A stretch of DNA of 64,000 nt from Octopus sinensis (Eukaryota): positions 75,826,001-75,890,000 of the forward strand of contig NC_043004.1 of the NCBI RefSeq assembly GCF_006345805.1. The letters are read 5' to 3'. The translations under genes were made by a program, and so were the position numbers. This document shows positions 27,540-39,884 of the stretch, one piece after another (the first letter of the stretch is position 1; each line of letters opens with the position of its first letter). A model generated the notes under the pieces. It was not told the DNA's origin. It worked only from the letters and a program-made list of their open reading frames with translations, and did not search any database.

Positions 27540-27700
27540 CCATCTGTCTGCAGCAGGAACGGTCTCTTGCCATGTCCTCCCAGGTTTTGGTATTCGTACT
27601 CATAGCCTCCATGTCACATTTGCACACATCCTTGAAACGGAGATGTGGTTGTCTGCAAACACATCTGCCAGAGGCTAGCTCCCCATATAGTGTATCTTTG
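27540..27700 (-). mobile_element. RTE-BovB-like LINE C-terminal fragment
   Basis: KDTLYGELASGRCVCRQPHLRFKDVCKCDMEAM...TWEDMARDRSCCR matches the recalled RTE motif PKxxLYGEL...RPxLRYKDxxKRD...WExxAxDRxxWR. Confidence 0.8.
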
Positions 27701-27721
27701 TGTATGTATGTATAACTAAGA

Positions 27722-28070
27722 GCCTCTCCCTCAGAGTGAAAGGCAGAGTATATGATGCCTGTGTACATATAGCTCTGCTGCATGGCAGTGAAACTGGCGT
27801 CGACTACAGAGGACTTCCAAAAGCTTGAAAGGAGGCTAGCATGCCCCGCTGGATGGGTAATGTCAGTGTACATCCATTGATTCAAGAGAAAAACATCAGA
27901 TGTTGTATGCAAGAGAGAAGACTGCACTGGTTTGGCTAGGTGATGCATGCAGATGTGGACAGCTGCATAAAGAAGTGCCAAGCTCTAATTGTGGAGGGTA
28001 CCTGTGGAAGGGGTAGGCCCAGGAAGATGTGGGATGAAGTGGTGGGAAAGGGTCTTGGGAGGTGTGGCAA
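27722..28070 (+). mobile_element. Degenerate RTE LINE ORF fragment
   Basis: Reads LSLRVKGRVYDACV..(fs)..LLHGSET..RWMGNVSV..QERRLHWFG..GRGRPRKMWDEVV, homologous to 41150-41566. Confidence 0.85.
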
Positions 28071-28467
28071 TTTGCTGTACTTGAGACATACTTGAGCTGA
28101 GTAAAACCACTCTCTTCCACAAGTACAAGCGTGTCCTTTCAGATGCCAGTGCCACTTAAAAAGCACCCATGTTGGTGGCACATAAAATGCACCCAGCACA
28201 CTCTGTTAAGTGGTTGGCATTAGGAAGGGCATCCAGCTGTAGAATCCATGCCACAACAGACAGCTGGGAGTCTGAACAGCTCCATCCTGGTAGCCAGCTC
28301 CATGACAAACCATCCAACTCATGCCAGCAAGTGAAACAGATGTTTAATGGCGATGATGATATGTATACACATATGTAAATATGTGTGTGTGTGTTTGTGT
28401 ATATGTGTGTATACATATATATATGTGTATGTGTATATAAATATATATATGTGTATATATATGTATA

Positions 28468-28519
<52 letters not shown>

Positions 28520-29073
28520 TCACACACACATATGTATATATGTATGTGTGTATATTGGAGACTGGTGCAGCATGCCAACCGAGACAAACTGTCCAACCCA
28601 TGCCTGCATGGACAATGGCTGTTAAATGATGATGGTATATATATGTGTGTGTATGTATATGTGTTCATGTATATATGTATGTATATTTTTATGTATATAT
28701 TTATGTGTATGTGTGTGTGTATATATATGTATAAGTGTGCATATATTTATGTGTATATATGTATGTACGTATGTATATATGTGTGTGTGTATGCATAAAT
28801 ACATGTATGTGTATGCATATAATGTATATACGTATATACACACAAACACAATAAGTGTCAAAAATTGATTAAGGCTGTTCATCATTTTTTTTTCAGTCTT
28901 TGGAGAAATACTTAAATTTGCTGTTTGTATGTCTGCCGTGCTGGTTGTGCATGTGTGTGTGTGTGTGTGCGCACGTGCGCTTAAAGTAAATTGATAAATT
29001 GATGATAATATTGTTGCTGTCAGTTCTATAATTCAATTTTTTTTTCTGTATATTTATTTGTTTCTTATTACAG

Positions 29074-29186
29074 AACCAAATGACGAGAGTGCAGCCAACG
29101 TAGATGCTGCCAAAACATGGCGAGAAGACCGTCAGAGATTCAACAGCATAGCGCGTAAAACTGTTGCAAAATCCTTGGGTTTTTGA
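29074..29186 (+). CDS. UBE2G2: UBE2G2 last coding exon (113 nt including TGA)
   Basis: Acceptor ttcttattacag. Encodes (E)PNDESAANVDAAKTWREDRQRFNSIARKTVAKSLGF*. The four exons total 455 nt; a 43 nt first exon would give 165 aa, the length I recall for UBE2G2. Confidence 0.97.
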
Positions 29187-29293
29187 AGAAATATTAACGA
29201 CATTTCTTTTTCTACTTCCTGCCTTTGTTTGAAAATATCTTTCTTCTTCTGTCTTGTTGAAAAATCAACTTGATATTTAATGCATTTTTGGTA

Positions 29294-29451
29294 AATAAAA
29301 CTAAATTTCTAGAGAAATTTAATATAAAACCTATTTTACTGTTTATTTCTTTCATTTTTTTATATATTCCTGTTTCTTTTGTTTGTGTTCTTTTTATGTT
29401 GTTAAATGCTGTGAAATAATGTCAAGAACCAAACCATTAATGTACAATAAA
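29294..29451 (+). promoter_or_regulatory. Candidate polyadenylation signals of the UBE2G2 3' UTR
   Basis: AATAAA at 29294-29299 and 29446-29451 in an AT-rich, repeat-free stretch after the stop codon. Confidence 0.5.
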
Positions 29452-29519
29452 ATTCTTTTGACACTTGATATATAAAACTATTATAAAATAAAATGCAAAT
29501 TGATAAAACAATATGAGGA

Positions 29520-29850
29520 GAGGAGGGGACCCTCTTCGGTCATGAATGACCATGGGATTGCACCTAGAAAGTTACCCTCCCAGGCACAAGTCTGAGCAAG
29601 GTTGTTTGTGGAAGACCAGCAGTCGCCCATGCATACCAGCCTCCTCTCTCCACGCCACTGATGTTATCCAAGGGAAAGGTAAAGGGGCCGATACAAGGGG
29701 ACATCGCAACTCATTTCTACAGCTGAGTGAACTGGAGCAACAGGAAATAAAGTGTCTTGCTCAAGAACACAACACGCAGCCCGGTCCGGGAATCGAACTC
29801 ACAACTTCACAAATGTAAGCTCGATGCTGTAATCACTGAACCATGCGCAT
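29520..29850 (-). mobile_element. Second copy of SINE family C
   Basis: Reverse-complement match to 37001-37340; both give near-identical spurious ORFs MTMGLHLESYPP and MLKNTTRSP in the track. Confidence 0.88.
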
Positions 29851-32800
29851 TCACAGTATATGTGCATGTTAAATGCACATATAACTTACCACGGACCCCA
29901 AAAATCTCATCTGGACTCCCCAGGGTCATACAGACCCCAGTTGAGAACAGCTGTTTATCTAGGGCAACACTGAAGATTCCTCTCTGCTCCAATATGTCTT
30001 TACAGAATGTGTTGGTTGCCTTTTTTCATGCCACCAGTAATGAGGGGATAGACTGTCTTGTACTTGTGAGACTAAATAGTTTGCCTCCTAACCATGTTGT
30101 CTCTGTTTGTTACCCACCACCAGCACCAGAGATGTTGTCTCACCCCTGACAAGATGACTTATTAACCGACGGTGATCTGCTTACGTCCCTGTAACTTAGC
30201 GGTTTGGCAAAAGGAGCTGATAGAATAAGTACTAGGCTTACAAAGAATAAGTCCTGGGGTCAATTTGTTCGATTAAAAGTGGTGCTCCAGCATGGCCACA
30301 GTCAAATAACTGAAACAAATAAAAGAAGATACAGTGTGCTAGTAATCTCTTTCTGTTGGTCAGTAAAAATGAAATGTGGAGAATTCCATAAAAGTACCCC
30401 ATTATCAAAGAAGAGTTCACTTGGTTTCTATGTCTCCAAGTGCACATACACGGAACCAACTATACTCAGCTCCCATGCAGTAAGGGTTAATGCTGCCACA
30501 GATATGTTGAACAATGTCAGGCTGGGTACTCAGATGTACAATGGAGGTTATGGCCAAGGCACAAGAAATGGATAAGGAAAAAATATCTTCAAACAAGTGA
30601 TTTAACCATTTGTAACCGTAAATTCCAGAAAACCAATTAATTAACTAACTGACCACCTACTGCCACTCAGGCAAATGTGCGAACCTGACGGACTTCATTC
30701 TCATCAGGAGTAGCTGTGTGGTAAGAAGCTTGCTTCCCAACCACATGGTTCTGGGTTCAGTCCCACTATGTGATACAGTGGGCAAGTGTCTTCTGCTATA
30801 GCCTTGGGCTGACCAAAGCCTTGTGAGAGTGGATTTGGTAGACGGAAACTGAAAGAAGCCTGTCATATGTCTATGTGTGTTTGTTATTTGTGTCTATGTT
30901 TGTCCCCCCACCATTGCTTTATAACTGATGTTGGTGTGTTTACGTTCCTGTAACTTAGCAGTTTGGCAAAAGCGACTGATAGATTGGATGATTTGATAGG
31001 TGATGGCAAAACAGACCAAAATATACCGAGCTCTAATGTCCCCTTTGGCAGGGACTCTATGGCTGGACACCCTCCCTAATGCCTATCACTTTGGTGGGTA
31101 TATGTACTCTCTCAGGTGATTGTACAGGGTATCTTCTACCTTTCACTTTGGTCATTAGACTGTGGCCATACTGGGGCATTGCCTTGAAGAATTTTTAGTC
31201 AAATGGATGGACCCATTACTGATGTTTTCTAAGCCTGGTACTGATTCTGTCAGTCTCTTATGCCAAACTGCTAAGTCACAGGGACATGAACACATCAACA
31301 CCAGTTGTCAAGACATGGGCTTCTTTCAGTTTCCGTCTCTCAAATCTTTGGTTTGCCCGAGGCTATAGTAGCAGACACTTGCTCAAGGTGTCATGCTGTG
31401 GGACTGAACCTGAAACCATGTGGTTGGGAAGTGGACTTTTTAACATTTCAGCTTGAACTTTTCATAACCCTAATTTCTCAACTTTAGTTGAATTGGAAGA
31501 AATATCCTTTTCTACTCTAAGCACAAAGCCTGAAATTTTGGGGGAGGGAGCTGGTCATTTAAATTGACCTCAGTATACAATTGGTACTTAATTTATCAAC
31601 CCCTAAAGGATGAAAGCTAAAGTTGACCTCAACAGAATTTGAACTCAGAACGTAAAGAAAGACAAAATACTGCTAAGCATTTTGCCTGGCATGCTAACAT
31701 TTCTTATTTCTTTTATTTCTTTATTGCCCACAAGGGGCTGAACATAGAGGGGACAAACAAGGACAGACAAAAGGATTAAGTCGATTACATCGACTTCAGT
31801 GCATAACTGGTACTTAATTTATCAACCCCGAAAGGATGAAAGGCAAAGTCGACCACAGCGGAATTTGAACTCAGAACGTAACAGCAGACGAAATACCACT
31901 AAGCATTTCGCCCAGCATGCTAACGTTTCTGCCAGCTTGCCACCTTAAAATAAATATATTCTTTTCTAATCTAGGTACAAGATCCAACATTTTTGGGGAC
32001 GGGGCCAGTCCATTAGATCGACTCCAGTATGCAACTGGTACTTAATTTATTGATCCTGAAAGGATGAAAGGCAAAGTCGACCTTTTCCCTATTTGAACTT
32101 TGAATGTAAAGACAGACGAATACGCTAGGCATTTCGCTCGGCGTGCTAACACTTCTGCCAGCTCACCAGCTTAAAGCTTGAAGAAATATTATAGCAAGAA
32201 TGAGATTGTTTGCAATAACAAAAGTCTTAACAATTAAATTGTTTTATGAGGTTTTGTTTGTTTATTCAGAAATGAAATTCATTAACAATTATTAACAACA
32301 ATAATAGTAACACTTAAAATTCTGAGTCCAGAAATGTGGAACTCATAGTTCTGATAAAAATCAATCTAACCACCATCACCACCACCACCACTACCTCAAC
32401 CACCACCATCACCACCATCACTATCTTAACCATCACCACCACTACAACTACCTCAACCATCACCACCACCACCACTATCTCAACCACCACCATCACCACT
32501 ACTACCACAACCATCACCACTGCAATCACCACCAACACTGCCAACACCATCGCCATCACCACCACCACCACCATCATCACTGTCATCCATGGTGCAGAGA
32601 GAGAGAGAGAGAGAGAGATAGAGAAGGAAAAAGAAAAGAAGGAAAAGTCCAAAGAAAAAGAGAAAGCAGAATAAAAATGGAGAGAAAGAAAGAGAAGAAG
32701 CAGGAAAAAGAAATGATTAAAATTAGAAAATGCTTCCAACGCTGCTCCCTTCCCCCACCCGCCCCACATCCACCACCATTCCTCTGGAATCGTAAACTAA

Positions 32801-33116
32801 ATTTTAATTCATTAAAAACTACTACTAACACCCAATAGTCAATAGTTTTATTATAGGCTGCCCTAAACATACACACACACTCACACACACACACATCATC
32901 AACTACACATACACACACCACACACCAAACACACATTCACACATTCACATACACATACACACACTCACACGCACTAACAGCATCATGAAAAGTCAAACGC
33001 TAACAAAAAATGTACAAGAATTAAGTCTTAAATATTTTCCTTATATTTCCCCCTCCCCTCAAATACTAAAATAAACTCATTTAAAGAGATTTCCTTTTAC
33101 CCTGTTACCAAACTGA

Positions 33117-33182
<66 letters not shown>

Positions 33183-33991
33183 TCCCTCTCTCTCTTCCTT
33201 CTTCTCCAATATTTTGGGTGTGAGGAACGAAGTGGAGAATTATTATTGCAACACAAACTGAATTACTCCCTATTTCATTAGATTTAATTCTGTTTTTATT
33301 TTATTTCTTATTTTTGTTTCGCTCTTTTGTGTGTTTTTTTTTCTTTGAGAAAATATTTTTGTCCCCACAACCACCACCACCACCACCACCACCACAACAC
33401 ACAGGCACCGTTTTTATTATTTGTTTGCTTTTTGTTTCTTCCATCCTCTTTTTCGCCCAGGAATAAAGTTTAGTTGTTCAAAAGCCTAACCTTGCTCCCA
33501 CAATATTTTTCAGCATTAAAACAAAATAAAACTGAAGAAGATATTTTTAATGCTATCAGCAAGATAAATTTTTACAAGATCCAAACATGCACCCATCTAA
33601 AAATAGATAAATTGAACGACAAACATCGCTATACCTCCACTGCCATTCTCTTAGTTTGATGTTTACGTTTTCAGTTTTGCTTCACACCCAATAAGCAGTT
33701 GCTAGGGGCTGGACAGATGCCCGTGGAAGCAACGAGAGAAATAACAAGAATAAAAATGATTTATCTTTTTATGATTGTTATTGTTGTTGTTTTGTTTTTT
33801 TATTCAGTTATTCCTTCAGCTCTGACTTAACGTTTTTGGCAAAAGAAAAACAATTCTGATGCTGGTAGAGGCAAATGTGGAAATAAGAACATATTCAGTT
33901 CTACAGTTCTATATTTGAGAGATGAGGAATTATGTACATTATTTACATTATTTACAATTGAAGGATATTTGTCCTCATCTTGTTTGTTGTT

Positions 33992-34037
33992 AACAAAACG
34001 TTTCAGCTGATATACCCTCCAGCCTTCATCAGGTGTC
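33992..34037 (-). ncRNA. Minimal type I hammerhead-like motif H1
   Basis: GACAC CUGAUGA A GGCUG GAGGGUAUAU CAGCU GAAAC GUU UUGUU. Catalytic core intact, 5 bp stem II, stem I with one mismatch. Activity not shown. Confidence 0.55.
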
Positions 34038-34160
34038 TTGGGGAAATTTCAAACCTGGTTAAGAGTGCGGGCTACTAACCCCAAGATTCCGAGTTCGATT
34101 CCAGGCCGAGTACAGAAAACACTCATTGAGAAATGGAAGAAAATTTGAAGAAAGAAGAAA

Positions 34161-34195
<35 letters not shown>

Positions 34196-34251
34196 TAATA
34201 ACATTGAAAAATACCTTAGGAATGAGAACCCAGGGTCGAAATTTCCCCCAA

Positions 34252-34297
34252 GACACCTGATGAAGGCTGGAGGGTATATCAGTCGAAACATCAAATG
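34252..34297 (+). ncRNA. Hammerhead-like motif H2 (degenerate stem III)
   Basis: GACAC CUGAUGA A GGCUG GAGGGUAUAU CAGUC GAAAC AUC. Inverted copy of H1. Confidence 0.4.
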
Positions 34298-34351
34298 TAA
34301 ATAATGTATATTCAGTTCTATATTCCTGAGATAAGAAATTTATACTATGTA

Positions 34352-34560
34352 CAGTAATCCCTCGACTATCATAGGTGTTACGTTCCAAAAACCCCCGCAA
34401 TATGTGAAAATCCACGAAGTAGAAACAAGTACTGTACTGTATATATATTTTTTAATTAGTTTTATTTGTATATATTTATTTTATTATAAATGCAAAACAA
34501 CACAACGGAGGAATTGATGTAAGATTAAATAATGATCCGTGAAATGGTGAAGGATTACTG
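34352..34560. mobile_element. Tc1/pogo(Tigger)-like MITE
   Basis: TIR CAGTAATCC (34352-34360) / GGATTACTG (34552-34560), flanked by TA at 34350-34351 and 34561-34562. Confidence 0.8.
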
Positions 34561-34608
34561 TATGCTGTTTATGTGTTGGAATAGTGTGCTCGTCTTCATT
34601 GTTGCTTT

Positions 34609-34652
34609 CACTACGTTTCGGCTGTTGTATGCTCCAGCCTTCCTCAGGTGTC
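34609..34652 (-). ncRNA. Minimal hammerhead-like motif H3
   Basis: GACAC CUGAGGA A GGCUG GAGCAUACAA CAGCC GAAAC GUA GUG. 5 bp stem II and 3 bp stem I (CAC/GUG). Confidence 0.55.
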
Positions 34653-34959
34653 TTCTGTTGAAATCGATTGTTGTTTTGAAATTTCAAACCTAATCCTTTA
34701 TTTGATTCATGGGGGTACACTGTTCTCATTCCACTCCCAGTGTTTCGTGACATTTTTTGCTTCAGTTGATTTTTTTGTGAATTACCTTAATTCCTTGCCC
34801 GGGATTGAACACATAACCTCTAAGTTACTACACTGCTTTAACTAATATCTTAATCTGCTAAGCTATGTCACAAAATGCAGAGAGCAGAACGAGAACAATG
34901 TACTCCCTTCGATCAAATAAAGAATTAGGTTCAAAATTCAACAACTGAATTTAACACAA

Positions 34960-35003
34960 GACACCTGAAGAAGGCTGGAGAATACAACAGCCGAAATATA
35001 GTG
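34960..35003 (+). ncRNA. Minimal hammerhead-like motif H4
   Basis: GACAC CUGAAGA A GGCUG GAGAAUACAA CAGCC GAAAU AUA GUG. Inverted copy of H3; the stem III tetramer stays palindromic (AUAU vs ACGU). Confidence 0.5.
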
Positions 35004-35230
35004 AAAGCAACAATAAGGCAGTAAGCTGGCAGAATTGTTCGCATGCCTGGCAAAATGCTTAGTGGTATTTCATCTGTTACTACATTCTGAGTTCAAATTC
35101 CGCTAAGGTCGACTTTGCCTTTCATCATTTTAAGGGTCAATAAATTAAGTACCAGTGAAACACTGGGGTTGATGTAATCAACTCTACCTCTTCCCTCAAA
35201 ATTTCAGGCCTTGTGCCTATAGTAGAAAGG

Positions 35231-35268
<38 letters not shown>

Positions 35269-35320
35269 GATTATTATTATTATTATCATTATCATTATTA
35301 TTATTTTTATTATTATTATT

Positions 35321-35878
35321 GAGTGAGAAAGCAGTGCATGCCATCAAAGTGACACTAAGGTAATATATACAAAGCCCAGTACACCCATCATGACTACCCG
35401 TCTGATAAGGGTACACCAGGCACATGCATCACAGCCATATATGCACGACATGGTGGTCTCATATCAAGATAAACATTGCATGACCTTGCAGGTGGGGCCC
35501 AGTTAGAATTTTCTTCAGGTCAAGTAACCCATCCCGCTCAAAAGGTCCCTGAATAAGAGTTGTTTAAGAATGTTGAATGAAACACCCATGTTTCCAGCGG
35601 GGAATTATCCAAAGCCCAAAGAATCCCTCTCAACACATGGCTATGATGCTCCCCCACTACTTCTGCTCGTGATCAGAGATGCACATATCGTCAGCCTCCA
35701 AGGGACATGCTCAACTGGTTAAGGTCAAACAACTGACAAGCAAATCTGTGGTATTGAACAGAATATTTGCTGTAGCCCATCTTTTTATAGCAAGACAATG
35801 CAAAGTACATTATAACACTTCCAGTCAATAAAGATCAGAAGCCATGAGAGACACTGCCTGGTACTGCATCCGGGCATT
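35321..35878 (-). mobile_element. Interspersed element with an (AAT)n tail
   Basis: Bounded by (TTA)n on both sides. A diverged partial copy in the opposite orientation lies at 60165-60455 (gatgcaatactaggcaatggctctc...gagcatgtccctt). Confidence 0.75.
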
Positions 35879-35892
35879 TATTATTATTATTA

Positions 35893-35931
<39 letters not shown>

Positions 35932-35959
35932 CATTATTATGATTATTATTATTGTTGTT

Positions 35960-36000
<41 letters not shown>

Positions 36001-36940
36001 GGTGGCGAGCTGTTAGAATGTTAGCACACTGGGCGAAATGCTTAGCAGTATTTCGTCTGTCACAACATTGTGAGTTCAAATTCCGCCAAGGCCGACTTTG
36101 CCTTGCCTCATTTTGGGGGTCAATAAATTAAGTACCAGTGAAACACTGGAGTTGATGTAATCAACTCTACCCCCTCCCTAGAGAGGATAATGAAAGCAAC
36201 AATCAAGACAAGGACACTATTCGGACTACTAAAAAAAAAAGTATAGGAGTGCCTGTGTGGTAAGTAGCTTGCTTAGCAACCACATTCAGATTCCAGATTC
36301 AGGTTCCAGATTCAGTACCACTATATGGTACCTTGGGCAAGTGTCTTCTACTATAGCCACGGGCTGATCAAAACCTTGTGAGTTGATTTGGTAGATGGAA
36401 ACTGAAAGAAGCCCGTCGTTTGTGTGTCTGTGTCTGTCACCTCATCATCATTTGACAACCGATGTTGGTGTGTTTACATCCTCATAACTTAGCAGTTCAG
36501 CATAAGTGATGGTAGAATAAGTACTAGGCTTACAAAGAATAAGTCCTGGGTCAATGTGTTCGACTAACGGCAGTGCTCTAGCATGGCCACAGTCAAATGA
36601 ACAAAACAAGTAAAAGAATACAAGTAAAAGAACATAAAAAAATCTATTACACTTTGTTTGTCTTTCACAATCATCTATCTTTTATGACTTTTTCTTGGTT
36701 CAGTCATTAGACTCTGGCCATGCTGGGGCACTGCCTCAGAAAGTATTTTTAGCTGAATGAATCGATTCCAATACTTATTTTATTTTTTTAAACATGTTAC
36801 TTATTCTGTCAGTCTATTTTGCCGAACCACTAAGTAACGATGATGTAGACACACAAACATTGATTGTTAAGCAGTGGTAGGAGACAACAAACACAGGCAC
36901 AAAGACACACACATAGATATATGTATATGTATGTGTGTGC

Positions 36941-37000
<60 letters not shown>

Positions 37001-37001
<1 letters not shown>

Positions 37002-37340
37002 AAGGCGCGTGGCTCAGTGGTTAGAGCGTCAAGCTTACGATCGTGAGGTTGTGAGCTCGAATCCCGGACCGGGCTGCGTGTTGTGTTCTTGAGCAAGGCA
37101 CTTTATTTCACTTTGCTCCAGTTCACTCAGCTGTAGAAATGAGTTGCGACGTCACTGGTACCAAGCTGTATGGGCCTTTGTCTTTCCCTTGGATAACACT
37201 GGTGGCGTGGAGAGGGGAGGCTGGTATGCATGGGCGACTGCTGGTCTTCCATAAACAACCTTGCCCGGACTTGTGTCTAGGAGGGTAACTTTCTAGGTGC
37301 AATCCCATGGTCATTCATGACCGAAGGGGGTCTTTATCCC
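37001..37340 (+). mobile_element. Near full-length tRNA-derived SINE (family C)
   Basis: A box TGGCTCAGTGG at 37010-37020 and B-box-like GCTCGAATCCC at 37055-37065, followed by a non-tRNA body. Next to (TA)n. Confidence 0.88.
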
Positions 37341-37518
37341 CCTTTATATATATATATATAAATGTATGTGTATATAAATGTATGTGTATTTTTTTCAGTG
37401 TGTACAAATAACACGGAAAAAATAAATAAATAGTTACTAGGATAGAAAAATTTCACATAAGTACCAAAGAAGTAACAGCCTACTTATAAAGGTAGAAATT
37501 CCAGGGTTTAGTCATTAA

Positions 37519-38021
37519 CTCTTTAGCATTTAAACCAGCTACATGTGCCCCAAATATTCTACCGTTTTATGTTCAAACTGGACAGATCCAACCTCTCATA
37601 CCTACCCTACAACATCATTCTAAAAATAAACAAGAGCACTCAGAGAGCTCAAACCTCCACCAAGACAACACCAACATCTCAATGATTAGCCATAATACTT
37701 CATGAAAAGTAAATATAACAAATAATCCAGAATCCTTGTCCAATACCGGATCGATCCCAAAATCTAATCAGCTCATGGTAGTCACAAGGCCAAACATCCC
37801 TGAAAGTTTCATCTGAATCCGCCCAGCAGTTCTTGAGATATCTTGTCCACGGACAAACAAACAAACAAACACAACTGAAAACAATACGTCTGCCTTCGCT
37901 AAGGTGGAGGTAACTATTACATCAACGAAATCTCAAAGCTGTGAGATAACGAAAGATTTAATTCAAAATAACATGAATAGATAAGCATTATATTTGTCAG
38001 AATAATGAGAATGTTAAAGGA
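37519..38021. mobile_element. piggyBac-type MITE interrupted by a second element
   Basis: TTAA at 37515-37518 and 38022-38025. Imperfect TIRs CTCTTTAGCATT / AATGTTAAAGGA. Related single ends near 17921 and 49130. Confidence 0.65.
37629..37913 (+). mobile_element. Helentron-associated (HINE/DINE-like) non-autonomous element
   Basis: 9 bp subterminal inverted repeat ACCTCCACC (37653-37661) / GGTGGAGGT (37903-37911), 3' hairpin tctgcctt-cgct-aaggtgga (37889-37908) and an internal (CAAA)n. Confidence 0.65.
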
Positions 38022-38614
38022 TTAAGCAAGTTTATTTGGAAATTCAAGAAGAATACTGTTATATACTCTGTTGAGTGGTCTATAATAGGCAGCGCACCTC
38101 TATATAATGGAAGGAATTTTTGGTGCAATTCGTGCCTGGAGGAAACCCAAGAAATTTCTCGAATGTAACTCCAGCTTAATAAAAAAACATAATTCACTGC
38201 TCATATTTCTTAGCTTTTCCAAACAAAAATCAGAAATGATTAGTTTGCCTTGGTGTGGATAGATAAATTCAATACCCCAATACAGATGCAGGCGTGGCTG
38301 TGTGGTAAGAAGCTTGCTTCTCATCCATATGGTTCCAAGGTCAATTCTACTACTTGGTTCATGGGGCAAGTCTCTTTTACTATTCTTTTCAGATTTTGTC
38401 TACAAAATCCTCTCACAAGGCTTTGGTTGGCCCAGGGCTATAAGCAAAAGACACTTGCCCAGAGTTCCAAGTTATAGGACTGAACTTAAGACTACATGGT
38501 TGTTAAGCAAGTTTCTTAACTATACAGCCTATATTTTTGAATGTGTGTCAGTACATATCTGTGTGTGTGTGTGTGTGTGAGCAAGCATGGAAGCATGGAA
38601 ATGGGGACATTAAA

Positions 38615-38706
38615 ATGACGAGGAGATGATTATGATGTCAATGATGAGGATGACAATGATGACGATAATAATGATGATGACAACGACGAGGATGATGATG
38701 ATGGAC

Positions 38707-38754
<48 letters not shown>

Positions 38755-39853
38755 AATGGTGATGATGATGTCGATGATGATGATGCAGAGATATGCACAT
38801 ACACATACACGTACTCACACACAGATACATCTCTTCCCCCCCCCACACACACACTTACAGAGTCACTCAAATATTTTCCCATGTGATAAAACAGTAACAA
38901 ACTCTAAGCTAAGCCATATGTAGAAATGATCCCCCCCCACGCCCACCCCCACTGAAGTTTACTTCATTTTTATTTGTTTACTTTTATTTGACCTAGTATT
39001 TTAGGTGGCGGGTGGGATTGCATATCCTTACTTCTAATCAGCCCTTTTTAAATAATTAAAGATAATCACAAGAACTGGTAGTGCCATAGCAACGGTTTAT
39101 GTAAACAAGAATCTTGTACTGGGAATGGGAATATTCCAAGCAGAACCTTTTACCAGGAAAGAAATGCTTGGCTCTGACTCTATCCCCAGGTCAGCCATCA
39201 CATCGCTGGAGAACCCCAATCGGGTTATGCTCCCAACATATTTTGATATTTCGATATTTATTATGGCTGCTGCTTGGAAAACGGATGAGGGTTGATCACA
39301 GGAAGGGGGTCTGGCCGTAGAAAATATGACAGGCGGCAAGCTGGCAGAAACGTTAGCATGCTGGGAGAAATGCTCACCGGTATTTCGTCTGTCGTTACGT
39401 TCTGAGTTCAAATTCCGCCGAGGCCAACTTTGCCTTTCATCCTTTCGGGATTGATTAAATAAGTACCAGTTAAGCACTGGGGTCGATGTAATCGACTTAA
39501 TCCGTGTGTCTGTCCTTGTGTGTCCTCTCTATTTTTAGCCCCCTGTGGTGGTGGTGGTGGTGAATGATGATGATGATGATGATGATGATGGTGATGGTGA
39601 TGGTGGTTGTGGTGGTAGATGTGGTGGTGGTGGTGGTTATGATGAATGATGATGATGATGGTGATGGTGATGATGATGATGATGATGATGACAATGATGA
39701 TGACGGTGATGGTGATGGTAAAGGTGATGATGATGATGATAATTATGATGCTGTCCGCTTATAGTGATGATAATGTGCAGTTTCTTAACCATATATCCAC
39801 ACTTGTGCCTATACGTATGAATGTGTGTCGGTATGTCTCTACATATCTATGTT

Positions 39854-39884
<31 letters not shown>

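Noticed and set aside
32336-32674. Mucin-like Thr-rich ORF
   Set aside because: (ACC)n plus (AG)n microsatellite, with no splice context or signal peptide.
37001-37075. Functional tRNA gene (also the tRNA-like head at about 34056-34110)
   Set aside because: A and B boxes are present but the sequence runs into a repeated SINE body, lacks a clean acceptor stem and terminator, and has a dispersed second copy.
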